Source: a virus
Lineage: Duplodnaviria; Caudoviricetes
Virus record (IMG/VR): IMGVR_UViG_3300033067_000199
Location: 1 to 32,034 of that record
DNA: 32,034 nt
Reading direction: 5' to 3' (one strand)
Shown here: positions 7,931-16,867 of the stretch, in pieces
Layout: the number at the start of each line of letters is the position of its first letter
Position numbering within the stretch: the stretch's first letter is position 1
Translations under genes and position numbers: made by a program
Notes under the pieces: model-generated
Databases searched by the model: none
What the model saw: only the letters and a program-made list of their open reading frames with translations
Told to the model about the DNA's origin: nothing

Positions 7931-9642
7931 TGGCAATCATCAGCTTCACAGGCCGGTGTATCAACACCGCATCGCCGCCGCTTGTTGAGTTCCAGGACGG
8001 AACCGACCCGGCGCACTCGTGGACGTTTGGCTTCGCTGCCGACACGGTGGCAGGCTACGCGCTGGTTGCCGAGTATTCGACGGATGAGTTTGCCACGGTC
8101 ACACACCGCATCTCGCGCACCCTCACGACCACTGATCTGGGCGGGACGACGTTTACCTTCCGGGGCGGCGATGTGCCTGCGGCGGGCAACTATGACGTGC
8201 GGTTCTACATCGCGGACCTGACGGGGCGGATTTCCGACTATTCCGACACGTCCAACATTTCGCTGGTCTACGGCACGGACACGACCGCGCCTGTCCTCAC
8301 CAGCCCCGTGGACACGGCATCGGGCCAGACCACGGCCAATCTCAGCGTCTCGACGGATGAAGCCAACGGGACGCTCTACTGGGTTGTCACGACATCTGCC
8401 ACGCCGCCCAGCAAGGCGCAGGTGAAGGCGGGCCAAAACCACGCGGGCGCTGCTGCAACGGCGTCTGGATCATCGGTCATCACCGCCACGGGAACGCAGA
8501 ATTTCAACGCCACGGGCCTCAGTGCAGGCACGGCCTATTACGCCTATTTCATGCACGAGGACGCAGCCACCAACCAGTCCAACGTGGCCGCTGGTGATGG
8601 CTTCACGACCACGGCGGCGGCTCCCAGCCTGTCCAGCCCGCTCGATACGGCTGTTGGGCAGGACGAGGCATCGCTGGGTGTTACCACCGACACAGCCAAC
8701 GGCACGATCTACTGGGTTATCACCACGTCCTCGACGGCCCCGTCTGCCGCCAACGTCAAAAGCGCATCGGGTGCCGTGACCAGCGGCAACACGGCGGTCA
8801 CATCGTCCGGGGCCAAGACCTTCACTGCCGAGGGCCTGACCGCCAATACCACCTATTATGCCCACTTCATGCACGAGGGCGCGTCTGGAGGCCAGTCCAC
8901 GGTATCGACCGGCGATGGCTTCACCACGGGGCTTGCCGACACCTACATCGAGTCCGCTTCCGGTGGGGAACAAATCAAGACCGTTTCGGGGGGCACGACC
9001 ACATTCGTCTTTGATACCGGCCTTGGCGTCGGCACGGCGGATGCAAGGCGGCGCATCACGCTCCTGGTGGGCACCAATGGCGGTTCGGCGCATACACACT
9101 CAACGGTTTCGCTGCATCCGACGCTTGCGGACGCCACCAACAACGTCAACGCCACGTCGCTGACTATCCGATGCAGCACGGGCCAGAGCGCCGACACGGC
9201 GTCCACCAACTATATCTCGATTTCCGATGCCGATCTGGCGACGGGGACCACGAGGTACCTGCGCGTGACGACATCGGCCAATGCGGTGCGCTGCTGGGTG
9301 GCGGGCTACACGCACTCCAGGCCCTACAACTCGACCAACATCGAGACGGGCAGTAACTCGGCATCTACGCTGTCTGGCACCATTGCCTGTCCGGCTGGCG
9401 GGGCCATTTTCTGCCTGTGCTCCAATACGGCGGTATCCGTCGATACGACCGTAACGTGGACAGGGGCTTCCGAGAAGTTCGACGGCATTGCCGGAAGTGC
9501 GTTCCGCGTGTCCGTGGCCCGCGCTTCGCTGGTCAATGCGGCCAACAACCGGACGATCAGCCCGGCGTGGTTCAACGGCGTCGATCCCTTCGCTGCCGAT
9601 AACGTGCGCCTTGTGGCAGCAGCCTACGGAGTATCCGCATAA
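7930..9642 (+). CDS. Ser/Thr-rich virion protein: Ig-like domain, two FN3-like repeats and a C-terminal beta domain
   Basis: TAATG coupling at 7928-7932 (start at 7930 rather than 7852); tandem repeats containing NGTxYWV...GLxAxTxYYAxFMHE. Confidence 0.75.
   Translation: MAIISFTGRCINTASPPLVEFQDGTDPAHSWTFGFAADTVAGYALVAEYSTDEFATVTHRISRTLTTTDLGGTTFTFRGGDVPAAGNYDVRFYIADLTGRISDYSDTSNISLVYGTDTTAPVLTSPVDTASGQTTANLSVSTDEANGTLYWVVTTSATPPSKAQVKAGQNHAGAAATASGSSVITATGTQNFNATGLSAGTAYYAYFMHEDAATNQSNVAAGDGFTTTAAAPSLSSPLDTAVGQDEASLGVTTDTANGTIYWVITTSSTAPSAANVKSASGAVTSGNTAVTSSGAKTFTAEGLTANTTYYAHFMHEGASGGQSTVSTGDGFTTGLADTYIESASGGEQIKTVSGGTTTFVFDTGLGVGTADARRRITLLVGTNGGSAHTHSTVSLHPTLADATNNVNATSLTIRCSTGQSADTASTNYISISDADLATGTTRYLRVTTSANAVRCWVAGYTHSRPYNSTNIETGSNSASTLSGTIACPAGGAIFCLCSNTAVSVDTTVTWTGASEKFDGIAGSAFRVSVARASLVNAANNRTISPAWFNGVDPFAADNVRLVAAAYGVSA
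8287..8928 (+). repeat. Two tandem ~105-aa FN3-like repeats (8287-8610 and 8620-8928)
   Basis: APVLTSPVDTA...GDGFTT and APSLSSPLDTA...GDGFTT align end to end. Confidence 0.85.
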
Positions 9643-11732
9643 TGGCTATTACCGGAGGCATTGCCGCAATCACCTCGACCGCGTCTGCCACGGGGGACGT
9701 CGGGACGACCGTGGAAATCACGGTTACGTCAAACTTCACGATCAGCAACATCGAAGTTGATGACGACACAGTCTTGCAGGCCGTGGACGGCAAGATCAGG
9801 CCGACAAACAACATAACTGCTGGCGTCCGGACCGGGACCATATCAGTCATTGGAGAGAAGGGTTTCGTCGCATCGCAGGATGTAAGCATTACGCTTAACT
9901 CCGTGTCGCTTGTTCTTTTGCCTCCCACGAATATTGCAGCAAGTAGCATTTCACAGCGGTCTTTCGTTATTACATTCACTGCCGCTGCTGGTGCGACCGG
10001 GTACGAAATCGCAATTGATGGGCAGATTTCGAGCGTCCAGTCCATCACGTCTGGGCAGACGGTAAACGTCGGAACGCCAGACCGCATCTATGGGGTGCAG
10101 TTGCGCTCAACGGACGGAACGAACTTCTCCGACTTCTCAACGTCGTTGCTTGTGCGCACGCTTGCAGATGTCGATCCCGGCCCCGATCCAGGCATCACGC
10201 CGCGCCGCGCTTATGAAGTTAACGCAGCCATGTGTCTTCAGGGGCACTTCAACTTCCAGGCCGCTGGCTCTCCGTGGGGCGACCATGTCCGTGCGGGCGG
10301 ATGGATGGAGTCGATGTACAAGCCCATGGCTGACGTCGGCATCAAGCGCTGGCGCAATGCTTTTGGCGGCGGGCCGGTGACGACTATTGTCCGCAAACTC
10401 TACAACAATCATGGCGCAAAGTTTGAGGCCACACTATCCGACAACCGCGTGACGGACACGCAGTCTCCGCAATGGATGATCGACTACGCCCACGACAACT
10501 TCTTCATCGGCGGCACCTGCATCGTCAACTCGTTCCAGGGGCTAAACGAGCCGAACAACCCCAAGAACCAGACGCACAGGACAAACGCGCCTCGTGACGT
10601 CGTCAGATCGTGCAACCAATGGCTCGACCGCATGGAGTTCTATGGCGGTGACTTCGCGGGTGTCCGCAAGGTCAGCTATTCGCCATGGGGGCGTGAGCGC
10701 GACCAGATGCTGCGCATCGTCTGGGCGGACGGGAAAGGGCCGTGGAACGCATCGGCCACAGCTTCTCTTGCGCCCTATACCACATCCGATGGCCTTACAT
10801 GGCAAGATGATGTTCTGCCGCGTCTCGATGAGCTGAATTTCCATTACTACACCGGAGGCCGCGAGCCGACGTTAGCCGGGACACCGGGGACCGTTCTTGA
10901 TGAGAACGGCGATCCAGTGCTGGAAATTGCTCTGGACGACAGTCTGCACGAGTTGCGCATTCTGGCACTCTCGACGCCTGACTATTACGTCGGGGGCGAA
11001 GACCGGAAGCTGGGGATGCCGTACTCCTGCACCGAGGGCGGCTGGCATCACCAAGGGCCGGGCTCGATTGATCCTAATCTGGTGCGCGACAACAACTGGG
11101 CATTCGTGACCAGTGCTGTGCAGGCCAAATACACACAGCGCGCCCACTTTGAGCACATGCTGCGCGGTGTCGGCGTCAACGGCAATGGGCATTACGTCTG
11201 GTACGAGTTTATGGATAATCCCAACGAACACGGGAATATCTATGGCTCCATATCATGGAGGTCGGTCGGCGGCGTCTTTGAATACACGCCGCGCCCGTTC
11301 TACACGACGCAGTTGAACACGGCTCGCGCGTTCTACGACCCGGCAGGCAATGCGCGCACGTTCGCGGTGAATAACCTCGATTTCTCGCTGGGCAACCCGC
11401 CGAACATCGGTGGCCAGTACGGTCCATTGATCCACCACTTGTTGTTCCAGAAGGCAAATGGAAAGTGGCTGCTCGCCATGTGGTTCGACCACGAATCCTG
11501 GCACCGAAACTATCGTGGTCAAAATCCAATCAACGGGACTGAGGATTTCGAGTTCCGAACCATCCGCATCACGTTCAACGACGGCAACAAGACCTGCCGG
11601 TCCATCAGGCCATACGTCCACAATCCGAACAACGTCAGCAACTGGACGCAATACAACTCCGGTAACGCGACCGCATTTGTAGACATGCAGGTCCACGATG
11701 ACGTGACCGTCCTTGAAGTAACCCCAACATAG
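9642..11732 (+). CDS. FN3 plus clan GH-A glycoside hydrolase (TIM barrel with C-terminal beta-sandwich), putative virion-associated depolymerase
   Basis: FN3-like segment (PTNIAASSI...ATGYEI...YGVQLRS); acid/base motif GLNEPN, LNFHYY, nucleophile motif CTEGGW, HHLLFQKANGKWLLAMW; TAATG coupling; no signal peptide. Confidence 0.72.
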   Translation: MAITGGIAAITSTASATGDVGTTVEITVTSNFTISNIEVDDDTVLQAVDGKIRPTNNITAGVRTGTISVIGEKGFVASQDVSITLNSVSLVLLPPTNIAASSISQRSFVITFTAAAGATGYEIAIDGQISSVQSITSGQTVNVGTPDRIYGVQLRSTDGTNFSDFSTSLLVRTLADVDPGPDPGITPRRAYEVNAAMCLQGHFNFQAAGSPWGDHVRAGGWMESMYKPMADVGIKRWRNAFGGGPVTTIVRKLYNNHGAKFEATLSDNRVTDTQSPQWMIDYAHDNFFIGGTCIVNSFQGLNEPNNPKNQTHRTNAPRDVVRSCNQWLDRMEFYGGDFAGVRKVSYSPWGRERDQMLRIVWADGKGPWNASATASLAPYTTSDGLTWQDDVLPRLDELNFHYYTGGREPTLAGTPGTVLDENGDPVLEIALDDSLHELRILALSTPDYYVGGEDRKLGMPYSCTEGGWHHQGPGSIDPNLVRDNNWAFVTSAVQAKYTQRAHFEHMLRGVGVNGNGHYVWYEFMDNPNEHGNIYGSISWRSVGGVFEYTPRPFYTTQLNTARAFYDPAGNARTFAVNNLDFSLGNPPNIGGQYGPLIHHLLFQKANGKWLLAMWFDHESWHRNYRGQNPINGTEDFEFRTIRITFNDGNKTCRSIRPYVHNPNNVSNWTQYNSGNATAFVDMQVHDDVTVLEVTPT

Positions 11733-11739
11733 GAAACAC

Positions 11740-12678
11740 ATGAGCGACTTTCTCCAGAAGCTGCACGACCTGCCGGACAAGACGTTCAAGGAAGAACTCG
11801 CGGAAGCCTCCGCTGCCTTCGAGAAAGCGGACGCACCCGCCGCGCCCGTAGAGAAGCCCGTAGAGGCCGCTCCGCTTGCCCCGGCTGTCGTTGAGCCCGT
11901 AGCGGAAGAAGCCGCCCCTGAAGCCCCGGAAGCGCCCCTGGCCCCCGTCCAGCAGCCCGAGAGGCAAGTTCCCCTCAAGGCCCTGCAAGAGGAGCGCCAG
12001 AAGCGCGCCGAACTGGAACGCCGCCTCGCCATGCTGGAGCAGCGTGTCCAGCAACCCCCGCAGCCGGAAGCCGAACCCGAGGAACCGGAAGACATCCCCG
12101 ACCCGGAAACGGACCCCATCGGCTCGCTCAAGTGGATGCGCCAGCAGCAGGAAGAACTTCGCCAGCAGCGCGCCCAGGAACAGCACCTCCAGCACGTCCA
12201 GCACGTCACCACGCTGGGCGAGGCCGAGTTCGCCAAAGCCAACCCGGACTATTATGAGGCCGTGTCCTACCTCCAGAACGCCCGCGCGCAGGAATTGCGC
12301 GTGATGCATCCCGGAGCGGCAGACTACCAGATCGCGCAGGCGGTCATTGGTGAGGCCCGGCAACTGGCCGACATGGCGCTGAAACAGCGGGTGAACCCGG
12401 CCACACAGTTCTACCAGCTTGCCAAGGCGCGAGGCTTTGGTGGCAAGGCCCCGGCTCCTGCCGCTGAACCAGCCCCGGAAGCGGAAGCCCAGGCTCCCGC
12501 CATCAATGTCGAATTGCAGGCTGTCAAGCAGCAGGTGGCCTCATCGGTCGCCGCTGGTGGCAAGGGGCCGTCGAAGCAGATGCAGCCTGAAGACCTTCTG
12601 AACCTGAAGGGCGCTGCCTTCGACAAGGCATGGGACAAGATGTTCGACGGCAACAGGTCCGATCTGTTCCGCCGCTAA
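11740..12678 (+). CDS. Capsid scaffolding protein
   Basis: Acidic Pro/Ala/Glu-rich N-terminus, VPLKALQEERQKR motif, coiled coils; directly before the capsid gene; AGGA RBS. Confidence 0.88.
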   Translation: MSDFLQKLHDLPDKTFKEELAEASAAFEKADAPAAPVEKPVEAAPLAPAVVEPVAEEAAPEAPEAPLAPVQQPERQVPLKALQEERQKRAELERRLAMLEQRVQQPPQPEAEPEEPEDIPDPETDPIGSLKWMRQQQEELRQQRAQEQHLQHVQHVTTLGEAEFAKANPDYYEAVSYLQNARAQELRVMHPGAADYQIAQAVIGEARQLADMALKQRVNPATQFYQLAKARGFGGKAPAPAAEPAPEAEAQAPAINVELQAVKQQVASSVAAGGKGPSKQMQPEDLLNLKGAAFDKAWDKMFDGNRSDLFRR

Positions 12679-12680
12679 TT

Positions 12681-12802
12681 CCCCTCAACGGGGTATAGGT
12701 GCCGCCGACCTCTAACGGGCGCAATTCGCCAGTCCAGCGTCAACGGACACACAGGGCCGCCTCCTTCAAGGGCGCTTCGCACGATCCAGCGTCACCGGAT
12801 CG
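12681..12802 (+). ncRNA. Candidate structured cis-RNA in the capsid leader: one hairpin plus four tandem compact pseudoknots (duplicated unit)
   Basis: Units 12697-12748 and 12753-12802 share GCCGCC..GGGCGC..TTCGC..TCCAGCGTCA.CGGA; stems GTCC/GGAC versus CGATCC/GGATCG. Confidence 0.55.
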
Positions 12803-12841
12803 AACAGCAAACTCCCAACATCATCAGCAAGGAATAAGCAA

Positions 12842-13921
12842 ATGGCAACAACGGATTTCCCGTTGAACCATCCGCTTGCCGTCAAGCTGTGGTCGCGGAA
12901 GATCGCGCGTGAAGCGTTGAAGGAAACGATGGCGTCCAAGTTCATGGGCACTTCGTCCAACAACATGATCCAGGTCTTCGATGACACCAGCAAGGGCAGC
13001 GGTGACAAAATCACGGTCCCCCTGCGCATGCAGCTCACGGGCCGTGGCGTAGGCGAAACCGAAGCATTGGAAGGCAGCGAAGAAGCGCTCGCCCTCTACA
13101 ATGACTCGCTCTACATCAACGACCTCGCCCATGCAGTCCGGTCCAAGGTGACGATTGACTCTCAGCGCATTCCGTTCTCGGTCCGCGAGGAAATGTCTCT
13201 CGGCATCCAGGACTGGTATGCGGAGAGGATCGACACGTCACTGGCGAACCAGCTCACCGGCTACACCACGCAGTCGGACACGCTGTACACCGGCAACAAC
13301 GCGGCCATTGCCCCGTCTTCAGGCACGGGCACGGATCGCCGGTTCATCATCCGCCAGCAGGACGACGAAGCCGACCACTCGGCGGAATCCTCGCTCTCCA
13401 CCTCGGACACGTTCAGCCTCAAGACGCTGGATCGCGCCGTGGCGATTGCGAAGACCGCCAACCCGCTGATCCGCCCGATCAAGGTCGGATCGCAGTCGTA
13501 CTACGTCTGCTTCCTGCATCCCTTCCAGGTCAAGGACATGCGCCAGAGCACGAACACTGGCGACTGGCTTGACATCCAGAAGGCGGCGATGACGGGTGGC
13601 GAAGTCGCTGAGAACCCCATCTTTACGGGCGCTCTCGGTGTCTACAACGGTGTTGTGCTGCATGAGTGGACGCGCCTTCCGGCCATCACGACCGGCCAGG
13701 GTGCGGGCACTGGACGTCGCGCCGTGTTCTGCGGTGCGCAGGCTGCCGCGATGGCCTGGGGCAAAGGTTTCTCCGACAACCCCAAGTACATCGAAGAGCA
13801 GTTCGACTATGACCGTCAGATGGGCGTTTCCGTCCAGACGATCATGGGCGCGAAGAAGTTGCAGTTCAACAGCAAGGACTTCGGCACCATCGTCATCTCC
13901 ACTTATGCCGCAGCGCCGTAA
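12842..13921 (+). CDS. Major capsid protein, N4-gp56/DUF4043-like family
   Basis: HPLAVKLWS, GDKITVPLRMQLTGRGV, LEGSEEAL, NPIFTGALGVYNGVVLHE, RAVFCGAQA, FNSKDFG; strongly biased codon usage; AAGGA RBS. Confidence 0.93.
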   Translation: MATTDFPLNHPLAVKLWSRKIAREALKETMASKFMGTSSNNMIQVFDDTSKGSGDKITVPLRMQLTGRGVGETEALEGSEEALALYNDSLYINDLAHAVRSKVTIDSQRIPFSVREEMSLGIQDWYAERIDTSLANQLTGYTTQSDTLYTGNNAAIAPSSGTGTDRRFIIRQQDDEADHSAESSLSTSDTFSLKTLDRAVAIAKTANPLIRPIKVGSQSYYVCFLHPFQVKDMRQSTNTGDWLDIQKAAMTGGEVAENPIFTGALGVYNGVVLHEWTRLPAITTGQGAGTGRRAVFCGAQAAAMAWGKGFSDNPKYIEEQFDYDRQMGVSVQTIMGAKKLQFNSKDFGTIVISTYAAAP

Positions 13922-13933
13922 GGAGGAAATGAC

Positions 13934-14386
13934 ATGGCTACTGTAACTGCATCCACTGCCGTCTCGTCTCAGCAGCCCCGCATCCCGCGTGGCGCCGAGG
14001 TGATCGAGCGCGTCCAGACGTATGCGATGGCGGGAACGCTGTCGGATACCGACGTCATCGTGTTCTCTGATCTGAAGATTCCTCACGGAGCTTTGATCAC
14101 GGAGATTGCGATGATTGGCCGCGTCGAGTTCAGCGGCGCGTCTGTCGCTATCATGGAGGCCGGTATTCACGGTGGAACCGCCGATCTGTTCGGTTCCGCT
14201 ACGCTTACCAACGTCTTCACGCGCCAGACGTTCACGACCGGAGCTGTGCTCCCGTACCGCGTGTCGGTGTCTGACGACGCCACCACGCGCTACATCGTGC
14301 CGATGCTCCGCAAGGATGGTGCTTCTGGTTCGCCCACGGCGTCCGGGACCATCACGCTGGCCGTCCGGTACATCCAGGACACGTAA
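13934..14386 (+). CDS. Putative capsid decoration/minor capsid protein
   Basis: Strong AAGGAGG RBS directly after the capsid gene; KIPHGALI and GTITLAVRY beta-sandwich motifs; followed by a hairpin. Confidence 0.65.
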   Translation: MATVTASTAVSSQQPRIPRGAEVIERVQTYAMAGTLSDTDVIVFSDLKIPHGALITEIAMIGRVEFSGASVAIMEAGIHGGTADLFGSATLTNVFTRQTFTTGAVLPYRVSVSDDATTRYIVPMLRKDGASGSPTASGTITLAVRYIQDT

Positions 14387-14392
14387 CGACGC

Positions 14393-14425
14393 AGGGCCGG
14401 GGGCAATCACGCTCCCGGCCTTCCT
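14393..14425 (+). terminator. GC-rich hairpin after the capsid genes (weak intrinsic terminator or 3' stabiliser)
   Basis: GGCCGGGGGC-AATCAC-GCTCCCGGCC followed only by TTCCT (poor U tract). Confidence 0.6.
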
Positions 14426-14442
14426 CCCAACATGGAGAATTG

Positions 14443-15915
14443 ATGGACCTCCGAGACATCATCGAGGACCTGTACACCCAGCAAGCCAAACTGCTGGGCA
14501 ACGTCAGGACCAAGCCGGAAGACTGGGCCGCTCTTGAGCGAAAGTGGGAATACTACCACAACCGCTATCCGGAGCATCCCGACATTGCAGGAGCCTATGG
14601 TGTCCTGTTCATCCACACCGGGCGACCGGCGCTGGGTGCGGTGATGATGGAACGGGCGAGGGCGCTTGGCGTCACGGGTCCGGGTACATGGCTCAATCAG
14701 GCTGTCGCGTACAAGAAAGAGCATCACGACGACCTCGCGGCCAAGTGCTACAAAGAAGCGCTGAAGATTTGCGAAGCCAATCCGAAGCCGGACGAGCGCG
14801 GCATCGACGTTGACAAAGCCCACTGCCTGCACGGTCTGGCCGGTCTGCATGTCAACGCAGGTTCGCCGCACAAGTGCATCTACTACGCCGACAAGGCACT
14901 GAAGATCGACCCAGACGACCGTTTCGCGCGGTGGAACAAGGCGCTGGCTCACCTGGAGCTAGGCGACTGGGAAACAGGATTCCGCCTCTATGACGAGGCA
15001 GGCTTCATCGCTTCTCCCCTGAAGCCGATGGAACGCAAGCTCAAGACCTATGGCGGGCTTCCCCCGTGGGACGGAACGCCGGGCAAGACGGTCATCTGCT
15101 ACGGCGAGCAGGGTGTTGGCGACGAGATAATGTACCTCTCGATGCTTCCGGACCTGATGGCCAAATGCAAGGTCATTGTCGATTGCGACAAGCGGCTGGA
15201 AGGGTTCATCCGGCGGTCATTCCCCGGTCTGGAGGCTGTCTACACCACCAGCGACTGGGATGCGCCGTTCGACTGGATCAAGGACCACAAGCCCGATGCT
15301 TACCTCCCGATGGGCAGCATGGGGATGCACTTCCGCAAGAAGGACGAAGACTTTCCGAAGGTGCCCTACCTCAAGGCCGACCCTGCCAAGGTCGAGAAGT
15401 GGAAGACCATCCTTGGTCCGACGAACAACTACCGCGTGGCGATTTCATGGGCCGGTGGGCTGAAGTCAACGCGCTTCGACAAGCGCACCGTGCCGCTGTC
15501 TGACTGGGCTCCGATCCTCAAGACCCCCGGCGTTGAGTTCTATAGCCTGCAATACAGGAACCACTTCGCCAACCGCCCCGCCGACGAGACGGCCATGGTC
15601 GGCAACGAGACGAAGGTTCCCATCCACCACTGGGAAGACATGATCCGCGACTACGAGGAAACGGCTGGCTTCCTAGCCAATCTGGACCTCGTGATAACGG
15701 TCAACACCTCGCTGCATCATCTCTGCGGCGCGCTGGGCGTCGAGCAATGGTGCCTGACGCCGAAGATGGTCGCGTGGAGATATGGCATACGGGGACCATC
15801 CCCCTGGTACGGCAACTGCACCATGCTCCGTCAACGCGAGGACGGGTCATGGAACAACGTCATGGGGCAAGTCGAATCCATGCTGCGTGACCGCACGATG
15901 CGGAGGGCGGCATGA
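14443..15915 (+). CDS. TPR-repeat plus GT-B (GT9-like) glycosyltransferase, FlmG/FlbA-like
   Basis: N-terminal TPR helices (ALKIDPDD..ARWNKALAHLELGDWETGF); WDG...YGEQGVGDEIMY; LPMGSM; AISWAGG; LDLVITVNTSLHHLCGALG; SPWY; GGAG RBS before ATG 14443. Confidence 0.88.
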   Translation: MDLRDIIEDLYTQQAKLLGNVRTKPEDWAALERKWEYYHNRYPEHPDIAGAYGVLFIHTGRPALGAVMMERARALGVTGPGTWLNQAVAYKKEHHDDLAAKCYKEALKICEANPKPDERGIDVDKAHCLHGLAGLHVNAGSPHKCIYYADKALKIDPDDRFARWNKALAHLELGDWETGFRLYDEAGFIASPLKPMERKLKTYGGLPPWDGTPGKTVICYGEQGVGDEIMYLSMLPDLMAKCKVIVDCDKRLEGFIRRSFPGLEAVYTTSDWDAPFDWIKDHKPDAYLPMGSMGMHFRKKDEDFPKVPYLKADPAKVEKWKTILGPTNNYRVAISWAGGLKSTRFDKRTVPLSDWAPILKTPGVEFYSLQYRNHFANRPADETAMVGNETKVPIHHWEDMIRDYEETAGFLANLDLVITVNTSLHHLCGALGVEQWCLTPKMVAWRYGIRGPSPWYGNCTMLRQREDGSWNNVMGQVESMLRDRTMRRAA

Positions 15916-16361
15916 AGTACACGGTAAACGAGTCAACACAATGCTGGGAATGGACCGGGACAATAACAAGATACGGCTACGGCGTTGTATTCGAGGGGCG
16001 TAAGTCACGCCTCGCCCACCGTGTCTCGTATATTCTAGCTAATGGCGAAATTCCCCCAGGAAAAATCATTTGCCATCGGTGCGACAACAAGAAGTGCGTC
16101 AACCCCGCCCATCTTTACGCTGGTACTCAAAAAGACAACATGCGGGACGCCATCGTGGCCGGCACTCATGTTTCTTTGTTTCCAGAGAAGGCCGCCAGCA
16201 GGGGTGAAAAGAATGGCCGCGCCAAATTGACGTCTTCTGACGTCGGAACAATCCGGAATCTCTATAAACGCGGCGATTGGACACAAGCCGGACTTGGTCG
16301 TCTGTTTGGTGTCTCGCAAACCCAAGTTGGGCAAATTGTGCGGGGTGCGTCATGGTCATAA
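15912..16361 (+). CDS. Free-standing HNH homing endonuclease with C-terminal HTH
   Basis: CWEWTG...GYG...AHRVSY...ICHRCDNKKCVNPAHL..GTQKDN; GEKNGRAKLT DNA-binding tail; more AT-rich than its flanks. Confidence 0.93.
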   Translation: MKYTVNESTQCWEWTGTITRYGYGVVFEGRKSRLAHRVSYILANGEIPPGKIICHRCDNKKCVNPAHLYAGTQKDNMRDAIVAGTHVSLFPEKAASRGEKNGRAKLTSSDVGTIRNLYKRGDWTQAGLGRLFGVSQTQVGQIVRGASWS

Positions 16362-16867
16362 TCACCGAGTCCTACAAGGCGCTGAACAAGCAGCTTCACG
16401 ACGAGAAGCCCGAATACGGCACGTCCGGTCATGTCTGGCGCGAGTTCGTCCGCGAACTGTCCGAGTTTGGCCGACAGAGCATCCTCGACTTCGGCTGTGG
16501 CAAATGCACCCTCGCAACGGCATTAGGCCCGGCCTACCGCGTGACCAACTACGACCCGTGCATTCCCGGCCTCGACAGCACTCCGGGACAGCATGACGTG
16601 GTGGTCTGTGGCGATGTGATGGAACACGTCGAACCTGAACTGGTAATGAATGTCCTGCGCGAAATCAGGCGACTGACCAAGCGCACGGCGTTCTTTGTGA
16701 TTGCCCTGCACCCGGCATCGAAGACCCTGGCAGACGGCAGGAATGCCCATCTGTCCCTTCATGCCCAAGAGACTTGGGAACGGTTTCTGACGGATGCGGG
16801 CTTTACTGTGGAGCGACAGAGCAACCCCGCGAAGGAAGCATATAACGCTTGGTACATCTGCACATGA
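16352..16867 (+). CDS. Class I SAM-dependent methyltransferase (small-molecule/sugar type)
   Basis: ILDFGCGK, YDP, DVVVCGDVMEHVEPE, LADGRNAHL; start at ATG 16352 overlapping the HNH end. Confidence 0.87.
   Translation: MVIITESYKALNKQLHDEKPEYGTSGHVWREFVRELSEFGRQSILDFGCGKCTLATALGPAYRVTNYDPCIPGLDSTPGQHDVVVCGDVMEHVEPELVMNVLREIRRLTKRTAFFVIALHPASKTLADGRNAHLSLHAQETWERFLTDAGFTVERQSNPAKEAYNAWYICT

Noticed and set aside
12697-12802. Duplicated unit as a mini CRISPR array
   Set aside because: There are only two degenerate copies, no spacer-length unique sequence and no cas genes; RNA structure explains it better.
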